Assembly (NCBI GenBank): GCA_036785375.1
Contig: JAWMAR010000030.1
Location: 5,084,001-5,148,000, forward strand
Length of the DNA stretch: 64,000 bases
Origin: Leucoraja ocellata
Taxonomy: Eukaryota
Reading direction: 5' to 3'
Shown here: positions 49,383 to 60,995 of the stretch, one piece after another
Layout of the letters: each line of letters begins with the position of its first letter
How positions within the stretch are numbered: position 1 is the stretch's first letter
Position numbers and translations under genes: made by a program
Notes under the pieces: model-generated
What the model was told of the DNA's origin: nothing
The model's input: the letters and a program-made list of their open reading frames with translations, nothing else
The model's database searches: none

Positions 49383-49585
49383 CTTCTTATCACTGGAACG
49401 GAACAATTTAACCAGAAACCAAAGAAAGGCATTCAGTTTCTTCAGGAAAAGGGCTTGCTTGCATCTCCCATGGATAATCGCGAGGTAGCTCAGTGGCTGC
49501 GGGAAAATCCTCGTCTGGACAAGAAAATGATTGGCGAGTTTATCAGTGATCGGAAAAGTATTGAACTTCTGGACAGTTTTGTTGG
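49383..49585 (+). CDS. GBF1: GBF1 window exon 15 (203 nt), Sec7 N-terminal part
   Basis: ctctcttcacaag| LLITGTEQFNQKPKKGIQFLQEKG...LRENPRLDKKMIGEFISDRK...DSFV(G) |gtattg; phase 0-2. Confidence 0.95.
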
Positions 49586-50221
49586 GTATTGAAATGCATT
49601 TTCAAAACATCTTTAGAAAAATAATTTCAGTACAATGAGTAACATATACTATGAAAAATATTAACTGGATATCCCTGGGGAAAGGGTCAAAAGTAAAAAT
49701 AGTTTTTTATTGACTGTTATTTAGCATTATGAGTGCAATGATTAGTATAGTGATCTGCTAGCTTATTTCCTTACAAACATAATTAATAACTGTATAACAA
49801 AACCAGTTTTGAATTTTTCAGTGCATGGTATACAATTGTTGTTAATGTCATAACCCGGATGGAATCCATTTCTTTAATTTCAATGATAAATATATATTTT
49901 ACATTGATTTGGGCCAAATGATTTAGCTGGTTTCCCAGTAATAATTGTGTTCATGTTTTCCCAGAAACATATGTTTTCCTTTGGTGCTTATTTAACAATC
50001 TGATCCAAGAGTTAAAGCGTTTGGAGAAATTGTCTTTGAAATTTTTGTGCAGCTGAACTGCTCTTTCTGATCCGTTGACATTAAATGTTGGCTTCGAGTA
50101 ATCGCTTCAAATTTATTCCAAAATTACACAATATATATCATAATTCCACATCAATGTTTGTTAAAGGCTGAGAACTAATTTATATGTGATTAGAAAACGA
50201 TTCTCATTTGGCCCTTAGTTT

Positions 50222-50650
50222 AAGTAGGAACTGCAGATGCTGGTTTAAACCGAAGATAGACACAAAAAGCTGGAGTAACTCGCGGGACAGGCAGCATCTC
50301 TGGAGAGAAGGAATGGTGACGTTTCGGGTCAAGACCCTTCTTCAGACTGGTTAGGGATAAGGGAACCGAGAGATATAGACGGTGATGTGGAGAGACAAAG
50401 GACAATGAATGACAGATGTGCAAAAAAGTAACAATGAAAAAGGAAACAGACCATTCATTATAAGCTGTTTCGTTGGGTGAAAATGAGAAGCTCGTGCGAA
50501 TTGGGTGGGGGAGGAATAGAAAGAGAAGGAATGTCGGGGCTCCTTGAGTTGTGAGAGAAACCAGTGGTATGAATATTGATTTCTCTCACTTCAGGTAACC
50601 CCAGCTAACAATGACATGTTTCCTATGTCATCGTTACTTTTTTTGCACTT
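50222..50650 (-). mobile_element. Penelope-like terminus with the best-preserved hammerhead motif, plus a short inverted piece (50565-50650)
   Basis: Minus strand CAGTCTGAAGAAGGGTCTTGACCCGAAACGTCACC; CATCGTTACTTTTTTGCAC near 50630 is the inverse of GTGCAAAAAAGTAACAATG near 50420. Confidence 0.8.
50316..50349 (-). ncRNA. Minimal type-I hammerhead ribozyme-like motif (Penelope-associated)
   Basis: CUGAAGA-A-[GGGUC UU GACCC]-GAAA-C-GUC: both core boxes, a 5-bp stem II and the palindromic ACGU mini-helix III are present. Stem I has only about 2 bp. Activity is not shown. Confidence 0.55.
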
Positions 50651-50969
50651 CCATTGAAATAAGCCCACCACACAGCCAATTCTCTGTTTTGCATGTAATA
50701 TTTGGCTGATCCTTCTCCAGTATCTGCATCAATAATTAAATGAAGAAGGTACAACTTTTCTGCCCTTTTAGATGTTTTGTTTAGTTTATAAGTAGATTTC
50801 AGTTATCCTCATTTTGTTTATATGAGAAAAGTCTGGGTTTTATAAATGGTCTAAAATTACTAACGTTGGGATTATGTTGGCTATTGCAGTGAAATTAACA
50901 GTCAGAGAAACTCTTTTTCAAATTGTAAAGAGGCTATGTTGATAATTTGTGCTCTTATTTTACAATTAG

Positions 50970-51093
50970 GACATTTACATTCCAAGGATTGAGAATTGAT
51001 GAAGCACTGCGCTCATATCTAGAAGCTTTCAGACTTCCTGGTGAAGCCCCTGTAATTCACAGATTATTAGAAGTCTTCACAGATCATTGGCAT
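50970..51093 (+). CDS. GBF1: GBF1 window exon 16 (124 nt), Sec7 motif 1 with catalytic Glu
   Basis: tacaattag| TFTFQGLRIDEALRSYLEAFRLPGEAPVIHRLLEVFTDHWH |gtatgt; the glutamic-finger GAA is at 51043-51045. Confidence 0.97.
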
Positions 51094-51986
51094 GTATGTA
51101 CTTCAAAAACAAAATTAAAATGTAATAAATCATGAATATGTAAAAATAATTCTGAGGAATAATAATGTACAGCTACTGTCCAGCAACAACTAACTGCACT
51201 TTGGAGACCATTTGTGTCCTATTCGTCTCTGCTGTTGGTGTACCTTGCAGAATGATTTCTGCTAAATTAATTATTAGTAGCAGCGATTGGAGATCCACGT
51301 TTATATGTTAAGAGTGGTAAAAGTTCCTGCTGCCCCTGTTACTAAGTGAGATGCTTTACTACAAGAGCCACTCATGAACGTGTTCTCTTGATTTAATTGC
51401 AGCTTTGGTGGAGAACAGAGGGGTATTTTATCTGTAGTTTTAGTTTATTATTGTCACGTGTACTGAGGTACAGTGAAAAGTTTGTTGTGTGCTATCCAGT
51501 CAGCAGAAAGACGATACATTATGTATTTTTGCACATTATATTCTTAACTGAGAGTAATAGTGCAAAATATTTGGGGAAAACTGAAAAAATATTTTGATAG
51601 CTTTTTAATTCGGAGGTGATAAATTCAAAATTTTCATTCTGATGAAAATAATTTTAAAAGCGCTTGCAGTATTTCACAAAACATTTAATTTGAATTGATT
51701 TTGATTAATTTTAATACATGGATTTAGATTTAGATTTTAATTAATGTGTTTTCTCATTGTAAGATTTGTTTTTCCCTGATACTCCACCTGGTTGCAATAA
51801 AAAAGTCATTAAAAAAAAATGTCATTGACACCGTGGAAGGAGAAGAGGAAACTTGTATATGTTTGTCTCTCAACGTTTATTCACCTGGTTATCTGCACGT
51901 TGATACTAATTGAAAATTATGCATTTGAACCAATTTTTGCATTTACTGAGTGGTAAATCTCTACATTTGTCTCTTACTCTGTACAG

Positions 51987-52112
51987 AAAATTAATGGATC
52001 ACCATTTGTTAACAACGATGCCTGCTTTGCTCTTGCTTATGCTGTAATAATGCTCAATACGGATCAGCATAATCACAACGTTCGTAAGCAAAATGTGCCG
52101 ATGACGCTGGAG
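51987..52112 (+). CDS. GBF1: GBF1 window exon 17 (126 nt), Sec7 motif 2
   Basis: ctctgtacag| KINGSPFVNNDACFALAYAVIMLNTDQHNHNVRKQNVPMTLE |gtaggt. Confidence 0.97.
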
Positions 52113-52419
52113 GTAGGTATTTCAGGAGCTTTGGTGAATCAGTTTTGAAAATATTTACTCCTCACTATTACATTGCATTATTAATTGCTGTAATAATAAG
52201 AATGTAAAGACACAAGACAAAGATGAAAGGGTTTACTGTTCAATCTCAGCACAACGCCTACATGAAACCTGCGTCATTAGTGTTTATAATTGAGCCATAG
52301 TAATCATGTCCTAATCCGCACATATTCTTTTTAAAACCACTCCTCCAACCCTTTTCAGTATTAGCATTCGATTTTGTGCATGCATGATTTTGGATTTATA
52401 CTCAATCAGGTGTAGAACA

Positions 52420-52720
52420 TTATCTATTATCCCATTAACCTGTCCTTGGTTGGTAGTGAAAGGGTGTTGGGTTGTCAGGCGATGCATCTTGGCAAGGGCA
52501 CCCAGCTTCTAACCTGCTTTTCAAACTATCACATTTATGTAGCTGGCACAGTCAAGGTTCTGATCACAATGGTGACCCCATTTGGTATTGAGGGTGAGAG
52601 TTTTAGCAATGGTGCCGAAGCGAAATGTCACCGTTAGGTGGTCAAAGCTCCTATTGGAAAGGTTCAGTGATGAGCACTTGCATGGCTTCAATGTTGCCAC
52701 ATTTTGACTGTGTTTGATGT
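52420..52720 (-). mobile_element. Old LINE RT fragment (CR1/L2 group)
   Basis: Minus strand TGGGGTCACCATTG..ATCAGAACCTTGACTGTGCCAGCTACATAAAT resembles LGVTIDxxLxWxxHI; boundaries approximate. Confidence 0.4.
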
Positions 52721-54062
52721 CTTCAGCATTATTACATTTTGTTTTGATAAAAAAGACAAATTATGATGGTAATTGTTAATATTGGTGCTTTGTTACTGAA
52801 AATATAATCTCTTTCTTGTACAGGATATATTATAAAATTGTATTAATTGACTGCTAAATATTATTCCCTGCCTTGATTTTTATAGTTTGTGTATGAGGCT
52901 GTTGAGAAAATAATACCATATCATGACAGTTTAAGGCCACCTACCTGATTCTATCAATTTTAAATTGCTATTATTATTTTAACAAAAGGGTCCTTTAAAT
53001 ATCCCCTAAGGGTTTGATGTTTAATTAAGATTTTAAGGACCACTTAACCAATTGGTATCTTGTTGCCGTTGCCATAATAGAAATCACTCACATTAATGAC
53101 TTGGGTTTAAAGCAGTTAGGCATGCAATACTTCTCAACATTCATGATAAATTAATGCCTGTTCGTGGCAGGGTAATTTGAAAGCTGCCTTGAGATTTAAT
53201 TTAATATTACTGCAATGTAGTTGGTTTAAAAAAAAAATATTTGAAGATGAACATATTTTGCAGTGTGGTTCTCAAAATTGATTTTCCTAATTTCAATGGC
53301 CTAAATTAATCAGTGTTTCTGCATCTCTTATTATCAATTTGATGTATTTTCTCAACTGAATTTGGCTGGTAATGTCTTCAGTTTAAAAACTCATTCATAT
53401 CATACTTTTCCCATGTTCAGGCCAATGTGTTTTGGACCCAATCAATTGCAATTGATCAATCTTTTGGCATAAGCATTGGCTTGTAAATTTGTATGGATCA
53501 CAGTTCCATAAACAGATTAAAGTAACTGTTTTTAGAAATGGAACATTTTAGTATATAGCTTCTGAACTTCATATTGATAGAAAGGGTTTATCCTGATTTT
53601 GGAAGGTAATTAATTATGCCATTAAATAAAATGTTCATTACTTTCTGAAGGAAGAAACTTTACATTTTACTGATGTCTCAAAGTCAACCTTTTAAAACTT
53701 GAAGTGAAACAAGCCTTTTGGCAAAAGTCAACAGTAATTATATGTTCACTGTAAAATAAACCTTTAAATCCCTTTAGATTCCATGGATCATACTGTGTTT
53801 CATCAGATTGTCTGCTTGACCTATTCGCTGAAATCAGTTTAATAAACTGAATGTTAAAATATGTACCAGCTCTGTAGTTATATCTCATGATAATTTTAGT
53901 AAGGATAGTGATTGATTATTTTCAAAGCCAATATGAATTTGTGATTTTAGACTTTCCATTCCCCCTTTTGTTTTCTCTATTGATTAAAGGGGCTGTTAAT
54001 TATCATGCCATCATACTATAAATTCTTGATCATAATTTGCTTTGTGGTCTTTCTCTTTGTAG

Positions 54063-54145
54063 CAATTCAAAAAGAATTTGAAAGGAGTTAATGGCTCCAA
54101 AGATTTTGACCAAGATATGTTAGAAGACATCTACAATGGAATAAA
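54063..54145 (+). CDS. GBF1: GBF1 window exon 18 (83 nt), Sec7 C-terminal part
   Basis: ttctctttgtag| QFKKNLKGVNGSKDFDQDMLEDIYNGI(K) |gtaagt; phase 0-2. Confidence 0.96.
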
Positions 54146-54385
54146 GTAAGTTTGTTTAACGAAAATATTTTACCTAGTCAGCTTTAGTCATATTTAATCA
54201 GAGATTGCATCATGGCAATATTAAAAATATATATGTTTTAAATGACGTGCAAGTATCACTTGCCACAGGAAACATGGGAATATCTATCGGGTGGTACATT
54301 ATTAATGCCTTCTATTAAATATTGGCACATAGTTAAAATTTGTAATGACAACATTTCCTCTTAACAAATGTGCAGTGAATTTAAG

Positions 54386-54720
54386 GTCATAAGTGATGGG
54401 AGCAAAATTAGGCCATTCGACCCATCAAGTCTACTCTGTCATTCAATCATGGCTGATCTATCTCTCCCTCCAAACCCCATTCTCCTGCCTTCTCCCCATA
54501 ACCTCTGACACGTGTGCTAATCAAGAATCTATCAATCTATGCCTAAAAATATCCATTAACTTGGCCTCCACAGCCTTCTGTGGCAAAAAAAATCGAGAGA
54601 TTCACCACCCTCTGATTAAAGAAATTCCTTCTCACCTTCCTAAAGGAATGCCCTTTAATTCTTAGGCTATGACCTAGACTCTCCCACTAGTGGAAACATC
54701 TTCTCCACATCCAGTCTTTC
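54386..54720 (-). mobile_element. CR1 LINE 3' end
   Basis: GAGCAAAATTAGGCCATTCGACCCATC..CATTCAATCATGGCTGATC..GGCCTCCACAGCCTTCTGTGGC..ACTAGTGGAAACAT; same family as 1278-1620. Confidence 0.82.
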
Positions 54721-55765
54721 CAATTTGAGCCAAAAAGATCTTTAGAGATGTTGTTTTAATTCACTGTAACAGTGGGTTAGCTAGTTCAAAGATTAAGCTC
54801 GAACTGCCTGAGATCCAGAACCTTTCCACATTTTTCTTGGTTGTTTTATTATGGGAAATTATGATGTTAATTATTTAAAGTTAATTTTACATGGATTCAG
54901 TGTTTAAAAAAAGGTCAATTTAAATCAAAAATGGTGATGAATGGAAAGTGTGATTCATGGGATCATTTCATATTTCCAAAAGAACAACGCAGTTATTAAT
55001 CAAGATCACATTTTCTAAGCAAACAAAAGACTTTTATATTCAATTAATTACTTTCTATTTAGCTGCTCTTATTTTGGAGAGATGCATAATTTACTCGTCA
55101 GGATACTAATTTATGTGAATTTGTGAAACTGCAAAAGTAAAAGACGATGACATTGAAACAAACTTTAACATTCAAAAACAAAAAAGCCAGCAATTCAAAA
55201 GCAGCTGTACGTGAACAGGTGACCTAGGTTATTGGCTTATTGCTACTGATTAGTTAATTTATTGTTATTGAATGGGATTCTCAGATTTTTACCAGTACAT
55301 ATGGCCCATTTATTTCTGGAGACTAAAATCTAAAAAAAGACATGTTGGAGTGATCTTTATAAGGAAAAAGTTGATCCCTTTCAACAAATCTTGTGAACAA
55401 TTCTGATGAATTGTTTTTTCATCTTGTAACTCAGTATCACAGCAGATGGTACACTTACTCAGTGGAATACTCGTATTTCTTGATCATATCTTTCTAATCT
55501 TTATTAATTAACTTTTGTTTGTTATTGTTGATCAAAATACTGACTAGTGGGAAATAAAAGACAAATGGGATTAAAGAGATGGTAACGTTATAAAATCATA
55601 CAATGTGGTAATTAGGTGTTGCATTTGGAATTATAGCTTTCTTTATTTTAATAGAAACTAGATTTTATGATCAAATTTGATGTTGAAACATTTTTCTGTT
55701 TGGGGATTTCTTTTGAACTGCACAAATGTTAGCTATATCTAATTTACTGACAAAAGCTGACTAAT

Positions 55766-56083
55766 AGCCCTGTCCCACGGTACGAGTTAATTCCAAGAGC
55801 TCTCCCAAGTTTAAAAAAAATCAAACTCGCGGTAAGCACGGAGAATGAATGTAGCGGGTACGTCGGAGTTCGGGGACGTCTCTTAGCGCTAACGGCAGGT
55901 ACTCAGGAAGACTCGCTAATGGCAGGTAAGCATTGGAAGACTCGTGAAGATTTTTCAACATGGTGAAAAATGTCCACGAGAGCCCCGAGTACCGACGAGT
56001 GGCCATTACAATAAATCTCAGAGCTCAAATCGGGGCAAAATCGGGTGAATTCTTCGAATAAACTCGTACCGTGGGACAGGGCT
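55766..56083. mobile_element. PIF/Harbinger-type MITE, ~318 bp
   Basis: Perfect 23-bp TIR AGCCCTGTCCCACGGTACGAGTT; flanks TAA(T) and (T)TTA give an imperfect TWA TSD; shares the CCTGTCCCAC core with 48152-48733. Confidence 0.85.
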
Positions 56084-56282
56084 TTTAGTAGTACAGAACA
56101 TCAAAATATGATACCAGAATATGTTTTCCTCATGTTCAATATTTAAAGAAAGTAATAAGTTTATCATTGTGGATAAAGTGTTGATTATAAAAAGAAACTC
56201 AAACTAAATTCCAAGAATCAAATGTTATAACAGCTCTCTGTGCAATTGAAATATCTAAAAGAAAAACATTGTTATACCTTAG

Positions 56283-56519
56283 AAATGATGAGATTGTGAT
56301 GCCTGAGGAACAAACGGGTTTTGTGAGAGAAAACTATATATGGAACGTACTTTTGAATCGTGGGAGCTCGTCAGAAGGCATCTTCCTCCATGTGCCTCCA
56401 GGAAGCTTTGATCATGACCTATTCACCATGACGTGGGGTCCCACTATAGCTGCACTTTCCTATGTTTTTGACAAGAGTTTAGATGAAACAATAATACAGA
56501 AGGCAATATCTGGATTCAG
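56283..56519 (+). CDS. GBF1: GBF1 window exon 19 (237 nt)
   Basis: ataccttag| NDEIVMPEEQTGFVRENYIWN...WGPTIAALSYVFDKS...KAISGF(R) |gtaaag; phase 2-2. Confidence 0.96.
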
Positions 56520-57241
56520 GTAAAGTATTACCAAATGCTAATCAATTATATGTTTTAATATTAATGTGTACAGGAAAGATCTCTGATGGAAAACAAGTTT
56601 TATGCTTGGCAGAAGGGTGTGTATAGAACATGGGTGCTAAGAGTGTAATCATATTGGAATTAATTCTGTGCAGAATAGTGATGGCCTAGGTTTTTGTGTG
56701 TGTTCGATATCAAAATGAAGATTTTCAACAAAATGAAGCATGTTGATATATCTTTGACGAATCAACTTTATTGCTTTTTCTAATGTGGGTCAGATTCCTT
56801 TGGTGGTTATTCTTAACTTGAGGTGATTCCCATTCTGTTGAGTGTTATTTAAAAGTCATAGCTGCAGTTAATCTTCAATAATTTAGAATAACGTTGGTGA
56901 TCAATGCCTCTCAAGTAAAACAATTGGGATGGATTTGGATGAGCTCTTGATTTTTTTTCCTTAGCCATTGGTTTTGTTAAATTAGTACTTTGATAATTTC
57001 AGAAAGTAGAAAGCTGTTTAATTTGGGTATCCTTATACCTTTGCTCATCGACATTGTTCACTGAAGTTGTAACAGATTTATTTGTCGAAACCTGTATTTC
57101 CTTGAAATTACACAAACCCTATTAGGACCATCGACCAATAAATGTAAGATCAAATTATAACTCAATGCTTTTTAACCTTTTGTGTCGTTAGAGCAATATT
57201 GAGTTGTTATCTTAATGATCATTTTCCTTTCTCCTCTGTAG

Positions 57242-57335
57242 GAAATGCGCCATGATTTCAGCTCATTATGGACTAAGTGATGTGTTTGACAATCTTATTA
57301 TTTCCCTGTGCAAATTTACAGCTCTTAGCAGTGAG
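57242..57335 (+). CDS. GBF1: GBF1 window exon 20 (94 nt), HDS1
   Basis: ctcctctgtag| [31 protein letters not shown] |gttggt; phase 2-0. Confidence 0.96.
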
Positions 57336-57714
57336 GTTGGTGCTTTGCAATACTTAATTATTTCATGGAACTCCTGAGACTGTGTCTTTGCATTTTTTAA
57401 ATAAAATCTGCTTGCTTTTTTTTGGGGATAAATTCTGCAATGAAGAATTTGTTTGCAGAAATATAAAATGTAATTTTTATAATTTCATCCCATTCAAACC
57501 TTTGAATTCCTCATGCGAATAATAGCAGTTGATTAAATTATCGTGTCCATTATTCATGAGTATTTTCTGAACCACCTGAAGTATAATATCATGCCATGCA
57601 TCTTTTAGACATAGGATTCTAAACAGTTCAGTGTTGTACTGAACATTCTGTGTATGAAAGGAAAACTGCCTTGTTTGGCATCAATGTGGGATGTCAGTTT
57701 TCCCTTAAAACAAC

Positions 57715-57887
57715 CGAGGGAGTTAGATGTGGCCCTTGTGGCTAAGGGGATCAGGGGGTATGGAGAGAAGGCAGGTACGGGATACTGAGTTGGATGATCA
57801 GCCATGATCATATTGAATGGCGGTGCAGGCTCGAAGGGCCGAATGGCCTACTCCTGCACCTAATTTCTATGTTTCTATGTTTCTATG
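57715..57887 (+). mobile_element. Young CR1 LINE 3' end with (TTTCTATG)3 tail
   Basis: GGGATCAGGGGGTATGGAGAGAAGGCAGG..GAAGGGCCGAATGGCCTACTCCTGCACCTAA followed by tttctatg x3, the typical CR1 octamer tail. Confidence 0.88.
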
Positions 57888-58839
57888 AATAGAAATCTCC
57901 AACAGTGCCCCAACTACTTTTTCTGAAGCTTTCTGTTGGGAAGTGCCTTCAGCATTGCCCTGAGACCCACTTCCTGGTTGCAGAGGGCTCTGGGGTCATG
58001 CCACCAGGAACCTAGTTGAGCCAGGTACTTTCTATTGAGTCCAAGCATTTATCCAATTCTTGACCCAGGGCTTCCATACTGTGTGGTTTAGATCTGTCGC
58101 AATATAACATTGGGATATAATCTTGAATCTCTTGAATCAGTATCATGGGTACACGCCACTCTCATTGGCACGACTGGAATTTAAAGGTGTTGTAGGCATG
58201 GTGAACTACAAGATCATTTAAATTACAATTCCTTCTCTCGCTGCCCTCAAGATTTTTTTTTGTTGAAAACAGGTATATTGCATGAACTTAAGTCGCAAGA
58301 GTTCTGATCTATGGAAAGTATTTGCCCTGTCACAGGAAGGCGAGTTTAGCTAGTTTTAAGCGGTTAGAAACCTTTCCATTTATGTTGGTTTTTTTAAATG
58401 GCTTGAGTGTTATCTTTAGATTTTAACGATGAATGTAATAGCTCATACTTTGGGGAAGAACAGATTTATACTGCCTCTTTCATTATTTAATATCATTAAA
58501 TAATATGATGTGACATAATGTATAATCTCAAAAATGCATAGCACCAATATGTATTTTATCCACTTGTTATATATAATCTGCTCGTCAATTTATTATATCA
58601 CGAGCTACATTGTTCAAATTTGCAACTAGCTGTCATTTAATTTGTCTTCCTGCTCTCTGCATTGTTTTAGTTGCTCCACTATATATATATTACACCAACT
58701 TCTTTGGCTGAATCTTTCTCCTTCAGTTTTTTATGTGTTGTTAAACGTGTCAATTTGATCCCGGCCCTTTTAATTAAATTAACCATTGGCATTGGGCTGC
58801 TTTGCTGTTAATTAACTGTATTGTGCTCTTTTCCTGCAG

Positions 58840-59016
58840 TCTGTAGAGAATCTTCCAAATGTTTTTGGTAGCAATGCAAAAGCTCAACTGGCAGCCAAGA
58901 CGGTGTTTAATCTGTCACATCGTCATGGCGACATTCTTAGAGAGGGGTGGAAGAACATTATGGACGCGATGCTGCAACTTTTCCGTGCTGAGCTTTTGCC
59001 TAAAGCCATGATAGAG
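58840..59016 (+). CDS. GBF1: GBF1 window exon 21 (177 nt), HDS1
   Basis: ttttcctgcag| SVENLPNVFGSNAKAQLAAKTVFNLSHRHGDILREGWKNIMDAMLQLFRAELLPKAMIE |gtaagt. Confidence 0.96.
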
Positions 59017-60189
59017 GTAAGTGTTTCCTCCAGAACCTCTTCCCACTGTTAAAGTATGGTGAATATATGAGGTGACTTTTACAAATACAGTAATGCCTAT
59101 GGCTATTTATGCTCGTTGTGATGTTGCTCTATGAAATAAAGATGAAGACATTATTGTGACAGAGACAAGCTCATGTACATTTTTTGTAAAATAAATCCCA
59201 ACACATAGTAAAATGAGACGATGATATTGGTGGGAGACGGTATGGCTTAAATTGCCCCCTTTAGGTTCCTAACTTCATGCTGCACAGACGTTTGGACAAA
59301 AAAGGAATCTGTTAATAATCCTTGTACATGATAGGCAGGGCCATATTTATTGTTTGAGACTGAAAGACATTTTTAACCCATAGAATAATAAGGAATAAAT
59401 ACATCTTGATAGTTGGTGGAAATCCTCATCTCCGTTGTGGGAGTAACTTCACTACATTGACGATAATATTTTATGAACATGGGGTAATACTATTTTTTCC
59501 TAAAGCAATTGAGGATAGTCTATCAAGGAGAGGCTTGTTATTCATGCAGTCTTGTGAGATTAATGGGGGGGGAATCCTTTTTTAAAAATGGGCATGATTC
59601 GGATGAATTTTAGTTTATGGTCCTTCTTGAAAGCCTCAAACGTAACCCTGTTCATCCAGACCCTAATTGTCAGAGCACAGTATCTAATCATGAAACTGGT
59701 GATGTCTGAAGTACACTAATTCGAATAACTACTGGGAGACTTGGTGCACAAGAATGCTTTTTGCTTTGAACAAATTTGTTGACTGTATTGTGCCTTTGAT
59801 ATTGAGAAACATTCCAGTACAATGCAGAAAATTATACTGAAAATTTGTACTCGTGCAAGTACTCGGGAAAATATATTAAACACGTTGAATAAATGTACTT
59901 GTTGCAAATCTTCTGAAAGCATGCAATGCCCATCGTGCAATGCCCATGCATTGACCAAGGTTGTTAATTGTCTTTGGAAGTACTCAATTATAACTAGGAG
60001 AAAACAAAATGGTATTTTTAGGATTGAGCTGCACAAAGAGGGAGGGAACAGAAAATGGCAAAGTCGGCTGTGTTGATTGTTACGAAAAGGTGATTAATAA
60101 ATGTAATTGCAGTGTTTAAAAACTATAAGGGTACAACGTTCTAGGTAGCACACCCTAGTGATTACAGCCTGCCTGTGGAAAAAATATTG

Positions 60190-60995
60190 GGACAACACAG
60201 GATGAGTAATAAATGAGAAGAACGTTGACTGGGCGGGAAAAAAATTAGACAAGTTGAAATTTGTAAAATTAGTATTTGGCTATTGAAAGAGCAGCAGTAG
60301 AAGTGTTGAGATACTGTTGCGATAAGCTACTGTGCAGTAATCATTGTGACAAGTCATTTCCCTTGGGGACTGGAATGATGTATTTTCTATGAAGCAACCA
60401 GTAGACTGTTGAAGCGAGAGATTGAAGATATTGGTGAAAACTGGCCGGTTCAATGGCGTGCAATTTCAAAAACACCATCTGCTTAATGGAAACCTGCATC
60501 ATTCCAATCCCTAAGAAAAATAAAGTGACCTTTCTCAATAACCAGTTCCCTACTATCCACTCCATCTGACAGTTAAACACTTGATCTACACTTCACACCG
60601 CCTCAGGAATGCAGCCAACATAATTAAGGACCTTTTTAACTCCGGTCATTCACTCTTCTCCCTACGGGCAGATGATATAAAACCTTGAAAGCACATACCC
60701 CCAGATTCAGGAACAACTACTTCCCCATTGTCTTAAGAGTACTGGACAATCCTCCCATGTTAGGGTGTAGCCCTGATCTCCCAACCTACATATTTGCAGA
60801 CATTGGACTTTTTTCTCTGGGACTGTAATGCTGCAATACTGTAACATTATATTCTGCACTCCTGTATTTTTCCCTTTGCAGTCCCTGCATACTTGTGTAG
60901 GACTTGATTGTAGTCATACGTGGCATGATTTGACTTGACTGGATGGAACACACAGTTTTTCATTGTATCTTGGTGCATGTGACAAGAACATATTA
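60190..60995. mobile_element. Rex1/Babar-like LINE remnants in opposite orientations (- 60190-60450; + 60470-60995)
   Basis: Minus: VFTNIFNLSLQQS..IIPVPK. Plus: IIPIPKKNKVTFLN, then IIKD..GHSLFS..GR..LKAH..RFRNNYFP and a 3' tail. Confidence 0.7.

Noticed and set aside
57027-57034. U12-type donor motif GTATCCTT
   Set aside because: It is mid-intron rather than at an exon boundary; all mapped introns look like U2 GT-AG.
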